A stretch of DNA of 64,000 nucleotides from NCBI RefSeq assembly GCF_009914755.1, contig NC_060944.1. One strand, written 5' to 3'. Shown here piece by piece: positions 29,475 through 46,257 of this stretch (position 1 is the first letter of the stretch; every line of letters starts with the position of its first letter). A model generated the notes under the pieces. That model worked only from the letters and a program-made list of their open reading frames with translations. It was not told the origin of the DNA and made no database searches. The stretch comes from the human T2T-CHM13v2.0 reference genome, Homo sapiens. The position numbers were made by a program, and so were the translations under genes.

Positions 29475-31448
29475 AGGGAGATGGAATAGAAAGAAAACAT
29501 AGGGAAAAGGAGGGGACCTGCTTTAGGCAGGGCCATCAGGGAGGGTCACTCTTGATAGGTGACCCCTGAGCACAGCCCAAATTGTTGAGAAGGAATATAC
29601 ACATCTTCTGCCACCAATGCCTTGTGACTCAGTGGTTCTGAAAATGTGAGGTTTCAGGGACTATACAATATAAAATTTTTTTTTGAGAACTAATATAGGG
29701 TTGCTAACTATTTTGCCAAATAAAAACAAAAAACAATTCAACTATGAATGGCCATTTACTATCTCCATGATTTCATAAATGAAAGGACATTTAAAACACT
29801 CCCAGAGTAGGAAGAACATGACCTCAGAATAAAGACAGTCTTTTAAGTGAAATAAATTTAGCTTTATTAAAAACCCTCTTCTTTTCTTCATTTTGTCCCC
29901 AAACTCTTGGAAATTTCTCTCCATCTCAAGGTCTACCTTGAGGGCTCAGGACACATTGTTATTCTCTTTGTTTTCTCAGCTTGGGGATTTTGGTAATGGG
30001 AGATAAAGTGTGAAATTGCATGTATATGCCCATGTCCATCAGTTTTTCCATTTGCAAAGTTGGGTAGTTGCTTGAATTATTTCTAAAGTATAAACTAGAA
30101 AGTCCAGAGATCTTAGCAATTCATTCATTTAACAGTCACAGAAACTGCATAGAATTCCTTTCTTCTCACCACCACCTTCTCTGCGGGGGAAACTCCTCTC
30201 CTACTCTCAAAACCCAGTTCAAATATCCTGTTCCTGGGCTTCTCTCTGCAATCAGTCAGCCATCCTCCCTGCAGAGAGTCTTGGCCTATATTGAGGACAC
30301 AGCCCCTATCCATTGTGATAGGTGATTGTCTCTGGGTGGGGGAAATTGGTCCTGTGTCTCCCTTCCAGAAAATCTTTTCATTTCTCAGAACTCCTCAGTA
30401 TAAATGTGGGTAACGCAGAAATGCAGGAAATAGAGATTTGTGAGCAGAAGAGAAGGGGAAGGGAAGTAGCATTTATTGAGTATCTGCAATGCACCTGTCA
30501 GGTGCTTCACGTGTGTATTATTTCATTGGAAGCTCTTACGTACTTTAATACAGTCCCTCCCACCATAACTACTGCTCCTTATCCCATTCCTACACACACA
30601 CTGCTCTTTCCATCTGTGACACCTGTGCTCCTGCCATTTCTTCTGCCCAGGAAACCTCGCCTCCTAAGTCCTCCTGGATTCTTCCTGTGTGCTCTTGACT
30701 CCACGCCTGGGACCTGGCAGCCTGGGGGTTTGTCCGCCCTGTTTAGACGAAAATGGTCATTGCATCCAGGCCACATAGTTAGGGTCAGAGTTCAGGGAGA
30801 CAGAAGCTCAAATGAAGAGGCTGCCTGGCCCTTTCTAGCCTGAAAACACTGAGATCCTTTAAACAAGAGACTCCCTCGATCCAAGACTCTAGAGTTGTTC
30901 GCAGTTTTGTGTTCATGGCTGGTCCTGGAATGCTGATTCTCACTTCCAAGATTCTAGAACTCTGAGATTCTACAAACAGTGGAGAGAGCCTCTGCTTCAG
31001 GACTTGAGCTGTCTCTGCTGCCTCTCCAGGGGCCACCTGGCCTCAGGACCCCAGGCAAGCACCGTGGGTTGGGAACCAACCTGGTGGAAAACTAAAATCA
31101 GCCCATCTTCAGGTCTACCGCGGCGGATGAAGCCTCACGCAGAACAGATACAGTTGCTTGGCAAGCAGGGGGCTGCAGGTGTGTGGAGGTGGAGAGGATG
31201 CCCCCTGAGAGACCTTCCTCTCCCCTCTGAGACTGGAGCTGCTGTGCCAGCCTGCAGGCCCTTTTCATGACAACAGTTGCTTAGCGCCTGCCAGTCCTCA
31301 CACCAACTTCCCTCACCTGCCCCTCTTTCCTTTTTTCCTTTCCTCACTCAAGGAGCCAATTTTCACTCAGTAAACTTTCACCACTTCATCCTGCATGCCA
31401 AGTGCTGGGTTAAGCATTTGGCATCTATCACAGATTGGGCTCTCATAA

Positions 31449-31496
31449 GCCAAGATTGCGCCACTGCACTCCAGCCTGGGCGACAGAGTGAGACCC

Positions 31497-31543
<47 letters not shown>
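31449..31543 (+). repeat. Alu 3' fragment followed by a pure (GA)22 microsatellite (31500-31543)
   Basis: Read directly from the sequence. Confidence 0.9.
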
Positions 31544-31546
<3 letters not shown>

Positions 31547-31547
31547 G

Positions 31548-31990
31548 TCAGAGTCCTAATCCCAGGTACTTGTGAATGTGATCTTATTTGGAAATGGGGT
31601 CTTTAATGATGTGATTAAGTCGAGAATCTCAAGTTGAAATCATCCTGGATTTAGGATGAGCTCGCAATCCAATGACGGGTGTTCTTATCAGAGAAAGGAG
31701 AGAGAGTTGAGACACAGACACAGAGAAAGGCCATGTGAATATAGGGAGCAGAGGCTGAGACAGGAGAGATGTATCTGCAAGCCAGGGAACACCTAGGCTT
31801 GCCCACAGCCGCTGGAAGCTGGGAAAGAGGCATGAAACTGATTCTCCCTCAGGGCCTCCAGAAAACCAACCCTGCTGATCTCTTGATTTTAGACTTCTGG
31901 CCTGTAGAACTGTGAGAGAATACACGACTGTTGTCTTAGGCCCCCAAGTTTGTGGTAATTTGTGACTGCAGCCCTGGGAAACAAGTCCAG
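31548..31990 (+). mobile_element. MLT1 LTR (5'-truncated)
   Basis: 'gtgaatgtgatcttatttggaaatgggg...ttagacttctggcctgtagaactgtgagagaata...gtttgtggtaatttg'. Confidence 0.8.
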
Positions 31991-32431
31991 AGGCTTAGTG
32001 TATGCTGTTCCATTGCCTGGAACATGATGCTCTTCTCTTTCCCAAACAGTTTCTCAACTTTGCCCTTTGGTGCTTGTAAGTGGACATATCTGCAGAGAAG
32101 AAAGGAGACATTTTCAAAGAATTGCTCTTACTGCCTCCTCCTTGTCCTGTGGCTCTCAGCTCAAATGGCACCTCCTCCAAGAAGCCTTCCCTGATTTTCT
32201 ACCCTTCTCTGTGCTCCCAGTTTCCTGGACTGCCCGTGCCACAGACGTGCTGGCACTGTCTGTTGACATGGCTTGCTCTCTACTTCCCCACTGGACTGGG
32301 CACTCTGCAAGGGCAAAGACTGTGTTTGGCCCCTCTTTGTGGCTGCAGCTGTGCCTTGCACAGGTTCAGGCACAGTACGGGTGTTCACTAATGTTTGCTG
32401 AATGAATCAATGAACAAATATTCCCTTCCAG

Positions 32432-32710
32432 TTCTGCTCCACCTCTGGACTCCTGCCCCACAGGGGAGAAACCCTTTTTGAAAGCACCTGTGACATAGTT
32501 CAAGATCACCAATGTCGGGCGAGGGTAGGACATGCACCCTGGAGTCCAGCCATACCTCAGCACAGCCCTCCTGCCCACATCGCCAAGGCCCTGTCAGAGG
32601 CATGACAAACAGCTTGGCTGATGGCTTATAATGTCAAAGATGATGGAAACAGGGAGGCGACGGCTGAAAGAATGGGTTGGGGACGCTTGTCATAACTTTA
32701 TTTGTGGGAG
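32432..32710 (+). ncRNA. Candidate internal exon of a spliced lncRNA
   Basis: Acceptor ttcccttccAG (32430-32431) and consensus donor GAG|GTGAGT (32710/32711) bracket unique sequence; transcription not shown. Confidence 0.3.
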
Positions 32711-33186
32711 GTGAGTTTCTGTCGGCTGGGTGATGGATGGTGGCAGGGCAGGCACAATACAGACCCTGCCACTGCCTCTCTCCCCTGTCTCTAAGCCAAA
32801 TGACTTTGGGGATGAAAAATGACTTTCTTGGGAGAACCCGGGGGAGGGGAACTTCATTCAGGGTGAGGGGGCTGTCTGGTCAGCACCTTGGAGTGACTTT
32901 TGCTTTTTTTTTTTTTTTTTTTGCTGAGAGTTGACTTTTTTCTGGGACAGTCTGATCATTTCTTTCCTTCCTTCTTGCTTCCCTCTCTCCCTTGACAATA
33001 ATCACAGACACACTGTCTACCTTGATTCTCCAAACTGCCCTAAAAAGAACATACATTTTTACAGAGGAGGAAACCGAAGCTTGAAGAGGAGAAATGACAT
33101 ATCCAAGTGCCCCATGAAGTAAGTGAAAGACCTGGGAGTTGAACCTGGGTCCAGTTGCTCTAAAGCCTGACCTCTCTCCACAATCA

Positions 33187-33532
<346 letters not shown>

Positions 33533-33736
33533 AAAGCCACAGAAGTAGCAGCATGTGCCATGTTCCCTGGAAGCACAGTGAAGACAGCAATTAATCCGAC
33601 AGGAGGAAGTCAGGGAAGGCTGCCTGTCAGAGGTGACATTTCAGTTGGTCCTGAAAGGGGGAGTAAAATGTTAAATGATAGAAAAATAAGGCAACAATTT
33701 AGGAAGAGAGGGTTTTGGGAGTGAGAAGAGAAATAG

Positions 33737-34106
<370 letters not shown>

Positions 34107-34295
34107 TCTCCTTTCTAATAGAGCCACCATTTTGGGGGAGGTGGTAATCTATCCTTCTACAAAGAGCCATGGGCTTTACCAAGCCATTCATGAGGTTCTA
34201 ATTCCCTTGTGAGTGGCTGGTTTGGAAACAGGAATGAGAACAATTCTGCTGAATGAAATAAGAGGAATGTTTGCTCAGGGGCTTCTGGAAAAGAC

Positions 34296-34602
34296 TTTTT
34301 GTTTGTTTGTTTTCTTTTTTTTTAAACAGGATCTCACTCTGTCACCCAGTGCTGCAGAGGCACAATCACTGTTCACTGCAGCCTCAACTCCCGGATGCAG
34401 GTGATGCTCCCCCCTCAGCCTCCTGAGTAGCTGGGACTAAAGGTGTGCACCTCCACACCCAGCAAATTTATTGTATTTTTTTTTGTGGGGGGTGGGGTTT
34501 GTCATATTGCCCAGGCTGGTCTCAAAATCCTAGTCTGAAGCAATCTGCCTACCTCAGCCTCCCGAAGTGCTGGGATTACAGGCATGAGCAATTGTGCCCA
34601 GC
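34296..34602 (-). mobile_element. AluJ-like element
   Basis: Diverged antisense Alu. Confidence 0.85.
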
Positions 34603-35202
34603 TTTTTTGGTTTGTTTTCTGAAAGAGAAAGCCCCTCCTCTTTTGCAGGACATGGTCACATGCATGCACGATGCCTGGAAGTGTGGCAGCCGTCTTGTGA
34701 CTACATGATGGAACTAATACATGGGTGATGACTCAGTGGGAAGATAGGAAGGACATCATTAAACCTCTGAATGAATGACTGCTACAGCCACCATACCACA
34801 GAACTTAATCTTTGAGTTGATACATTTTTCTCACTGTTAACCAGCTGGATTGGTGGTTTCATTTTTGCAGCCTAAAGTATTCTGGCTGATAGAAGAAATA
34901 AAGAGGGTGTCAAGCCTCCTAAAGGCCCCCACCTCTTAATACCATCACACTGGGGATAAGGTTTCAACATATGAATTTCAGGGGACACAAACATTTGGAC
35001 CACAGCGGAGGGCATGTGTATCGGTCACATTGCCTTGGTCCGAAATCTGACTACACCTGGCTGTGTGACCCAGACAAGTTACTTAACTCCTCTGAGCCTT
35101 GGCTCCATCATCTGTAAAATGGAAATAGAGAGGATGTTAGGATTAAATAAGTGCTGAGAGTAGCACTAGCATGTGGAACAACCACAAAAAATTGAGATTT
35201 GA

Positions 35203-35505
35203 GGCCAGGCGTGGTGGCTCACACCTGTAATCCCAGCACTTTGGGAGGCCAAGGCAAGTGGATCACAAGTTCAGGAGTTCAAGGCCAGCATGGCCAAGAT
35301 GGTGAAACCCCACCTCTACTATAAATACAAAAAATTAGGCGGGTATGGTGGCAGGCACCTGTAATCCCAGCTACTTGGGAGGCTGAGGCAGATAATTGCT
35401 TGAACCTGGGAGGCAGAGTTTGCAGTGAGCTGAGATCAGGCCACTGCACTCCAGCCTGGGTGACAGAGTGAGACTCCATCTCAAAAAAATAAAATAATAA
35501 AATAA
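35203..35505 (+). mobile_element. Alu with (TAAAA)/(TTAA) tail
   Basis: Alu dimer. Confidence 0.92.
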
Positions 35506-36360
35506 TTAATTAATTAATTAATTAAGATTCGAGTGTCTAAGGAGTTAGTCAAGGTCACAGAGTCAACCAGTGTGGTGGAAGCAGGCTGCATCTCAGGCCT
35601 GAGCTCAGAGCTCTGTGTGTAACCGTTGCATCCTCCTGCCTCTGGAAGGCAGATTCACGGAGCCAGCACCAAGGCCAGGGCCCAGAGCTCAGGGTTGGAT
35701 TTCTGGCTGCTGAATTCATGCTGTACTCCCTGGCATTGGCTCAGCCAACTGTGGCTAAGAGTTGACTTTGCTTCCCTGCTCTGTGTACCTGTCTTCCACC
35801 CCCTCTCCTGAACAGTATTTCCCTGGGGCTCCCATTACCAATTTGCAGAGCAAAGGCATGCACAGGCAGTTCAGGGGTGGCGCAAGCTCAGCGACTCTGG
35901 TATTGTTTTTAATTCAATATTTTGTCCCTGTGCGCCAGCCTCCTTTATTGGATGAGAACACTGTTATTGGATCCTGCCCTGCAGGAGAAAATGCAGGCTT
36001 CCCCAGATGATGGCAGCTACGTTGTTCTAGAGTCTGATGAGTCAAGGCAGGGCGAGAAGACAGAAGAGAGTTCCAGAAAATCTGGTGGTTACAAGCTGTT
36101 CTGTGACACGCACAAAAAAATTAACATATGTATTATTGACCCTTCTTCTTCCCCTCTCTTCTAGGGAGGACAAAAGCCCAGGAGGCAGCTGTCGCATCAT
36201 CCTCTTCCTTTCCCTGCACATCCGCTACATCCCTTGGTCCTACTGATTTCACCTGCCGTTTCCTCTATGTCCAACGTTACTCAGTCCAAGTCCCCAAGCA
36301 TTTCCTGCCTCGACAGTTATTCTACCCCATCCTCCCCTGCTGCTCTCAAACTCCTCCTTC

Positions 36361-36648
<288 letters not shown>

Positions 36649-36984
36649 AAACTCATTCTTCTTCTTACAGACTCTCTTATTTGAGTTCACCTAAAAGCCT
36701 GAGATAAGGAATTGGATGTACAGAATTTATTTGCATGGCCATCCCAGGAAACACTTGGAAGTAGGGGAGTGGGAAAGGAAGACAGGGAGGGGTAGGCAGC
36801 CAGGAAAAGGGTTATCGAGCAGGTTACACTGTGGATAACGGGGGCTTGATTCCACCAGACCTCTGGGAGCCCATGAATAACACCTCGGAGTTCTCCTGCC
36901 TGCGGAGTTGGGGAGCAGGGTATTTATCTACTAGGTCCTATGGGGGCAGGGGTGTTCATTCTCAGGCACCTCTGACCTGCTTCA

Positions 36985-37515
<531 letters not shown>

Positions 37516-37531
37516 TCAAGTTATTTGGGTG

Positions 37532-38112
<581 letters not shown>

Positions 38113-38461
38113 TTTTCTTTTTCTTATATATTGTTTTCATTTATGCCACCTTTTTGTGCTTTATGTATCTTTGTCAGCAATCTTAAATTCTTTCTGGAAT
38201 AATGTGGTGGTATAAATAAAAACATACAACATAAATATAAATAAATATAAAATGTAACAAGCTCTATAAAAACCTGTTCCTAAAATATCAACAGTGCTTG
38301 TTTTTTTGCAGAAAGAAATAAGATGATTAGAGATGTGTTGGGGGGAAATGTGCATCCTGTGGGGGCTGATGTGTGTGATTTTACGAAACCCAAAGTGTAA
38401 GCATTACAGATCACTTTAAGAAATACCATGGAGATAAAAAAATTATTTTTTTCCTACTTCA

Positions 38462-38861
<400 letters not shown>

Positions 38862-39189
38862 TGAGGAAATACAAATAAGCAAAAAGGAACAAAATAAAAG
38901 CCATCTATATTTCACTAGTCAGAGATCATCACCACTAACTTCTTTAGGTGAAATTTGGATAGGGGGTAAAATTTTTGTATTTTTTTGTAGAGACGGGGTT
39001 TTGCCATATTGCCCAGGATGGTAGCGATCCTCCTGCCTCAGCCTCCAAAAATGCTGGGATTACAGGCATGAGCCTTCACACCCGGCCTTTTGATTTTCTT
39101 TACTCAAGATTTGGAGAGGGGTTCCCAGCAGGGCTTGGAGCAGGGCTTGGGGTCTGATGGATTAATGCTCCCCCACTAGGTAATGGGGG

Positions 39190-39275
39190 ATGATGAAGAA
39201 GAGGAAGAGAAGGAAAAGGAGTACAGGAGGAAGAAGAGGAGGAGGAGGAAGGGAAGGAAGAGGGAGAAGGTAATG
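39190..39275. repeat. Purine-rich (GAA/GAG) low-complexity tract
   Basis: Read directly from the sequence. Confidence 0.8.
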
Positions 39276-40599
39276 ATGGGAACAGAAAGAATCTTTGAGG
39301 CTTGTGTGTGTGCCTTTGAGGCATATGAGGGTAAATTGGGAATTGAGAGGACCAGACAGTATCTGCTGCCTGGTCTGATTCAGGGATGAAATCTAACAGT
39401 CCTAGGGTGAAATGTTGTGGACAGAAGAGGTGAGAAACAGGATAGAAGCAGAACTGCCTTGGTGCCCAGACAACTGTAACTCAGCACTGAGGATGGCTGC
39501 CTGTACCCCATGTTTCTACAGGGCACAGTATGACTCTGCTGCTAGGGGCACCCAAGCAGAAGGCCATGCCCCTTCAGGGTCCTGCAGCTACTGAAGTGCC
39601 TGGGAGCAGTGCCCTAGGTAAGGCAGCAGTGGCAAGGGTGAGGCTCCCCTTTCAAGTGACATGGGGGCTGCAGATGCCAACGCAGCGCCTGAGCAGAGGG
39701 CCCTGGAGAGGAGTATACATAAGACAGGAGTATACATGAGCTTAAGCACATGCAGAAAGAACACGGTTGTTCATGACAGCTGGGCTGAGATTATTTTACT
39801 GGTGCATGTGGAAGCTCTTGGGTCAGAGAAAGTTAATGAACATCAAGGTAGCATCATGTAAGTGCTCAGAATGTCAGGCTTGGAAAAATTTAGATCTTTT
39901 AAATATATACATAGGCATTTAATTAATTACTTTAGAGACAAGGTCTCACTCTGTTGCCCAGGCTGGAGTGCAGTGGCACTGCTAGCTGTAACCTTGACTT
40001 TCAGGCTCAAGCCATCCTCCTACCTCAGCCTCCCGAGTAGCTGGGACTACATGTGTGCACCACCACACCTGGCTAATTTTTTTCTAAACAAAAACTTGTG
40101 ATTTCTATGTTTTCAATGTCAGGTTTATTTTTAATAAAATGAAAGAACAGGAAAAGATGCACAATTTTCTGAAACTTCTGAGGTTGAGGTAGATGGGTTT
40201 TTCTTAAGATGTGTCTTTCATAACACTAGTTCCACAGGATGCTAACAGGTGTTAGATGAAAAATGGCTTCTGTTATCAAATGGACTTGGAAAACATTGGG
40301 TGAAACAGTTAAACAGTTTTCTTCCTACAAGACTGCACAGAGCTTCTCATATATTCATGTGCATAATGAGTCTCCATGAGAAGATGTGAGTTTAACAGCT
40401 GCCCCTCTTCCCAATCTGAGGCGCAGGAACATTCTTTGCTTTATTGTTGCTGGTGTTAATTTCACTGATAGCTGCTGGGAATGATTCAGGGCATCTAATT
40501 GGTGTTTATCAATTGCTCTGTTTATCAATAGGTCACAGCGGCTACCAAGACAGAAATGTCACTTTTTGGTACCTAACCTGCTTGGACTTTGTATATCTC

Positions 40600-41272
40600 T
40601 TCCTGCACAATGAATTGCCTAAAAACATAGGAGGTTAAAAACAACAAAAAGCATTTATTATCTCACCGTTTCTGTGGATTAGGGATTTAGGGACGGCTTA
40701 GATGGGTGATTCTGGTTTCGTATGTCTCATGAGGTTGCAGTCACCTGAAGGCTTGACTGGAGTTGAAGCCTCCACTTCCAGGATGGTCCCAGTGAATCTC
40801 ACCTCCTGGTATTCATGCCCTGTGTGGTTCCCTCCCATAATGAACAGGCCTGAGTTCATTGAGTGTAATGAACACTCCATAGGATATCATAGAAATGATG
40901 GACTGTGAATTCTGAGGCTAGATCACAAAAGACACTGACTTCTGTCCTGTTCTCTCTTGGATCACCTGCTCTGGAGGAAGTCAGCCACCACATGAGAACA
41001 CTCAGCCAGCCTGGTAAGGAGACCTATGCATCAAGGAATTGAGGTCTCCAGCCAACAACCAGTACAACTTACTTGCCATGTGAATGAGCCATCCTGGAAG
41101 TGAATGACATCGTGACTACAACTTTATGAGAGACCCTAAGCCAGAACTATCCTGCTAAGCTGCTTCTAAATTCCTGATTCACCAAAATTTTGTAACATAA
41201 TACATGTTCTTAGTTATTTTAAGCCACTAAATTTTGGGATAACTTGTTACACAGCAATAGATAACTAATACA
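40600..41272. mobile_element. Nested old MaLR/ERVL (MLT-type) LTR pieces
   Basis: Ends in 'tttaagccactaaattttggg...ttgttacacagcaatagataactaataca', a typical MLT1 terminus. Confidence 0.65.
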
Positions 41273-43191
41273 CATACTTAGTGCCAAGGCTGTGTAATAA
41301 ACAGCCGATTCAGCTCACTAGCTAAGGAATCTGCTTACTTCCCAAGCCAAAAGTGGTCTTGACCAATGTCCTTTGACTGACCCCAAATGGTAATAGCACA
41401 AATAGTTCTCCCTATCCTTTCATACTAAAGCATCTCTGAAAGGTCTGACTCATGAGGGTCATTGGTATGGGGCATTGATGACTGGCACTTCTCAGAATTA
41501 GGGTTTATGAAATTTGTTTGATTCTTATGAGTCATTGTGAGTCTGGTTTCATGGTTTTTCCAGCTCAACATCTTTTTTTTAAATTTCTTTTTCAAAATTG
41601 GCTTTCTCGGGGTTGACAGCCTAACATTTTTTTTTTTTTTTTTTGAGATAGGGTCTCCATCGCCCAGGCTGTAGTGCAGTGGTACAATCACAGCTCACTG
41701 CAGCCTCCACCTCTCCTACTCAGCCTCTCAAGTAGCTGAGACTACAGGTAGGCACCACCACGTCTGGCTAATTTTGGTATTTTTTGTAGAGATGGGGTTT
41801 TGTCATGCTTCCCAGGCTGCTCTACAGCTCAACATTCTTGGCCATGGAATACTTTCTTTGTGCAATGGACATAGTTGGTCCTTACCAGCATTCCTTTTCC
41901 CTTCTTTCTAAGAGAGAGCCCCAGGAAAAGATGATCTCTCTTATTCTTCTTGCTGTTGTTGTTCTTGGAATTGCTGCTGCCATCCTATTTCCAGAAGAAT
42001 AGTAAAATGAGCTCCAATGTATCTGTCACCCACCTTCAGCAATTACAACTCACCAATAATTCTTTCATCTATACTTCCACTCAAATCCATACCTCTCCCA
42101 CCTCTGACAGTTTTGAAACAAATTCTAGTCATCACATTATTTCATACATAAATTTTAGTATGTATCTTAAAAAGATGAGGACTCTTAACACAATCACAAT
42201 TCCTTTATCATACCTCAGACTCTTTTTCCCTCCCACACCAAATAATTCCTTTTCGTTGCATATCCATGACTATCGAGTTTTTACTTGGCTCACAGTCTGT
42301 CTAGGAACATAAATTCTCCTTGTGTCTAATTGAGACCTGTGCCTGCTGGGAGAGATAATTACTCGTTAGCAGTCAATAATCTCCTGTGCCTGGATCATAA
42401 GTGTCAGTACTATTTGAAAGGTTAACTGAGCCCAAATCCCTACTGTGAAACACGTAGTCAGACAGACTTGGTTTGGAGTCTTGCCAGTTACTAACTATGA
42501 CTGTGGGCAAGGAGCTAAACTCCAGATCTCAGTTTTCACAATTATTTAAAAATATGACAGTACAGGGGACCCATGGACCTGGATGTTGGGAATAAGAAGC
42601 AGAGGGAACAGACTCTTCCTGAGCCCCAGAAATTGCATTCTGCTCCCCAGAAAACAGGTTCCCCTTTCCATTGCCCACTCTGTAACTCTTCCCCACCCAT
42701 TCAGGTACTGATTGGAAGAGTCAGGATTTCTTCAGCAGTCTCGTATGTTTCAAATCAACCCAAGATTGTAGGGTAGGAGCTCAATATTGATGATAAATAT
42801 ATTTTATAAGTGTGTTTTTGAGAATATTTTCTTAAAGGCTCTTCCAATAAATAATTTACTGGGCAATGAAAAATGGAGAAGGTGACTCTGATTACACTTT
42901 GGAGCATCTAAAGTGTGAAGTTTAAGGAACCTAGGCAGCCCATGGCTATTTAAAAGCTTTCTGGAAGGGGTAATTCTTCCACATTTTTTTTAAAGGTTAC
43001 AGCCCAGCAGTTGGTCTCTTGAATGGTGCTCTTCTCCTAACTCCCTCCTGGATGCCACTCTGAAATCATTATCGTCACAATTTCATTCTGCTTGGTGCAT
43101 AGCACATAGCTCTTCTGAGCATTCCTTTTTTTGTCTTTAAAATTGAAATAGTCACATTGTTAGGATTTTGGGTGAGAAGTAAAAAAAAAAT

Positions 43192-43487
43192 TTTTTTCTG
43201 AGACAGGATCTTGCTCTGTTGCCCAGGCTGGAGTGCAGTGGTGTGATCTTGGCTTACTGCAGCCCCAACATCATTGGCTCAAGTGATCCTCCCACCTCAG
43301 CCTCCTGAGTAGCTGGGATTCCAGGCACATGCCACCATACCCAGCTAATATTTTTATTTTTATTTTGTAGAGGCAGGGTCTTACTTTGTTTCTCAGGCTG
43401 GTTTCAAACTCCTGGCCTCAAGGGATCCTCCTGTCTTGGTCTCCCACAGTGCTGGGATTATATAGGTAGGAGGCATCACACCTGGCC
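43192..43487 (-). mobile_element. AluJ-like element
   Basis: Antisense Alu; flanking TTTGGGTGAGAA repeat. Confidence 0.88.
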
Positions 43488-43977
43488 TTTGGGTGAGAAT
43501 TTGAAGGTATTTGAGATTGTTATGACCAGGAATTAATGAATCAATCAATCAGTAGATTAGTTGGTTCATTTATTAAATCAACAACTATTTAGTGAGTAAC
43601 AATTAAGTGCCAGGTACTGTGTTAGGTTCTGAGTTTACTGTGGTAAATGATACAGCAATCTTTGCTCTTCTGGAGCTTAGAATCTGGAAGGGAAAGCAGT
43701 CCACAAATGGGTAAAAAGCAAACAAATATAAAAACAAAAACAATAAGTGTTCTGAAGATAATAATGGTCAGGAATGCTGATAGAGAATCTTGAAGGGGAG
43801 GAACTGTCTTAAATCTTGTGGTCAGGAAAGATTCCTCTGATGTGTGCAATTAAGCTGAGACCTGAAGGGTGAGCGCCCCAAGTCTCATTCCTGGGGGTTC
43901 CCAAAGAATTATTAATGGACCCTCTCATCAAGATAAAATGAAAATATCTTAATCTGGCATTCAAGTTTCTCCAAGAT

Positions 43978-44152
43978 TAGGGTTGCCAGATAAAATAAAT
44001 AATGCCCATTTAATTCTGAATTTCAGACAGAAAACATTTTTAGTATGTTATTAAATATTGCATGAGACAAATTTATAAAAAATTCATTATTTGTCTGAAA
44101 TTCAGATTTAACTGGGTGTCCTGTATTTTTATTTGCTAAATCTGTTAACCCT
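43978..44152. mobile_element. MER53 palindromic hAT MITE
   Basis: Termini tagggttgccagat...atctgttaaccct; internal inverted repeat ctgaatttcagaca / tgtctgaaattcag. Confidence 0.8.
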
Positions 44153-44542
44153 CTTCGTGATCTTCTCCAGCCAGCCTCTCCACCTTTTCTTCCACACATT
44201 TGAAGCTCTGTCCACAAGGAAGGGTCCAATTGCCTTGTCTTTGCTCATGCTGTTCCCTCTGCCTGGGTCACCATTCTCCCACTGTATCTTCTTGGTAAAC
44301 TCTTCTTTCCCTTTAAACCCCTGTCCAGATGTTACGTTCTCAGGGAAACCTCTAGCAGAGCACATTAGCCCCAGTTCAGGGTGCTCACCAAACCTGGTTC
44401 TTATAGGATTTTGCCTTATAATTCTGTGTTTTAGAACTGGTCTCTACAAAAACAGACAAGACTGATTGCCTAAAAAGGAAAGGTTATAAGGAATTCTCTC
44501 ATTCTTCCTGCCCTCTCCCTTGCCCCTATCCCACTCAACTCC

Positions 44543-44852
44543 TTTTTCTTTCTTTTTTTTTTTTTTTTTTTGAGAGACAAGGTCTTGCTCTGTCACCCAG
44601 GATGCAGTGGCACAATCCTGGCTCACTGCAACCTCTGCCTCCTGGGCTCAAGTGATTCTCCAGCCTCAGCCTCCTGAGTAGCCGAGACTACAGGCACGTG
44701 CCACCACATCTGGCTAAATTTTTTTTCTATTTTTTTGTAGAGACAGGGTCTCACTATGTTGCCCAGGCTGGTCTCGAACTCCTGGGCTCAAGGGATCCGC
44801 CTTGGTCTCCCAAAGCTCTGGGATTACAGACATGAGCCACCGTGCCCAGCTG
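44543..44852 (-). mobile_element. AluJ-like element
   Basis: Antisense Alu; flanking CAACTCCTT repeat. Confidence 0.9.
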
Positions 44853-45356
44853 CCAACTCCTTACAATATTAATATAAGACACACAGCACTTTTCTGTGCC
44901 AGGCACTGTGCCAAGTGCTTTGCATACAGCATTTCATGTAAACCCTCCATAACCTTATGAGGTAGATTTGGTTGAATCTCCACTTTGCAGGTGAGAAAAT
45001 CAGGCATGTAGAGGTGAAGTTCATTGCCACTGTTTCCACATCTGTAAAATAAGACTCATATCAACATTTTCTCCATGAGGTTTTCACCCAAACTAGAATG
45101 TAGGTTTCCAGAAGGCAGGAGCTTTGTTTTATAAACTTCCATATCCTCAGAGCCCAGAATTGTGCCTAGCATTGAGTAGGCTCTCAGTAAATACTTGTTG
45201 AATGAATGAATGAATGAATGAGTCATGTTACAGATAAGGAAAGTGTAATTTAGGGACAGAGAAAGTAACTTACCCAAGGACCCATGGCTAGATATGGTGG
45301 AACTTCCACTAGAACCAGAATCAGGGTGTGTTGGGTAGATGTTTAACAACTGGCTC

Positions 45357-45673
45357 GGCTGGGTGCAGTGGCTCATGCCTGTAATCCCAGCACTTTGTGA
45401 GGCCAAGGCGGGGGGATTGCTTGAGCTCATGAGTTTGAGACCAGCCTGGGCAGCATGGTGAAACTCTATTTCTACAACAACAGCAACAACAACAACAACA
45501 ACAAAATAAGCCAGGCATGGTGGCGCACGCCTGTAGTCCTAGCTATTTGGGAGGCTGAGGTGGGCTTCAGCCCGGGAGGGGGAGGTTGCAGTGAGCTGAG
45601 ATCCCGCCACTGCACTCCAGCCTGGGTGATAGAGCCCGAGCTTGTCTCAAAAGCAAACAAAGAAACAAAAAAA
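45357..45673 (+). mobile_element. AluJ-like element whose central A-linker has become a (CAA)n microsatellite (~45475-45504)
   Basis: Alu dimer with caacaacagcaacaacaac... linker. Confidence 0.88.
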
Positions 45674-45960
45674 CCCTACAAGTAGCTCTCTGGAAAAACA
45701 ACAACATTAACAACCCTGATTTGTAGCATTTGCTGATTTACATTGTACAAATACTCCTAGCATGGCTGATTTCAAGCTATCAACCTGGTGTCAATCAGCT
45801 TGCAAGTTTCCTACAAATTTAACCATGGGCTTTTGTAGACCTGTCTGTGCAAGCTGGCATCAACATACCATGAACTAGAACACAGGGGTCTGGGTCCAAA
45901 GGGTACACCCTCACCATTACTCTCTCCTGTCTTCCCAAACAAGGCACAGTCTATATTCTA

Positions 45961-46257
<297 letters not shown>

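Noticed and set aside
39183-39389. ORF MGDDEEEEEKEKEYRRKKRRRRK..., superficially like the CTNNBL1 acidic/NLS segment
   Set aside because: Translation of a GA-rich low-complexity tract upstream of exon 1; the similarity is compositional only.
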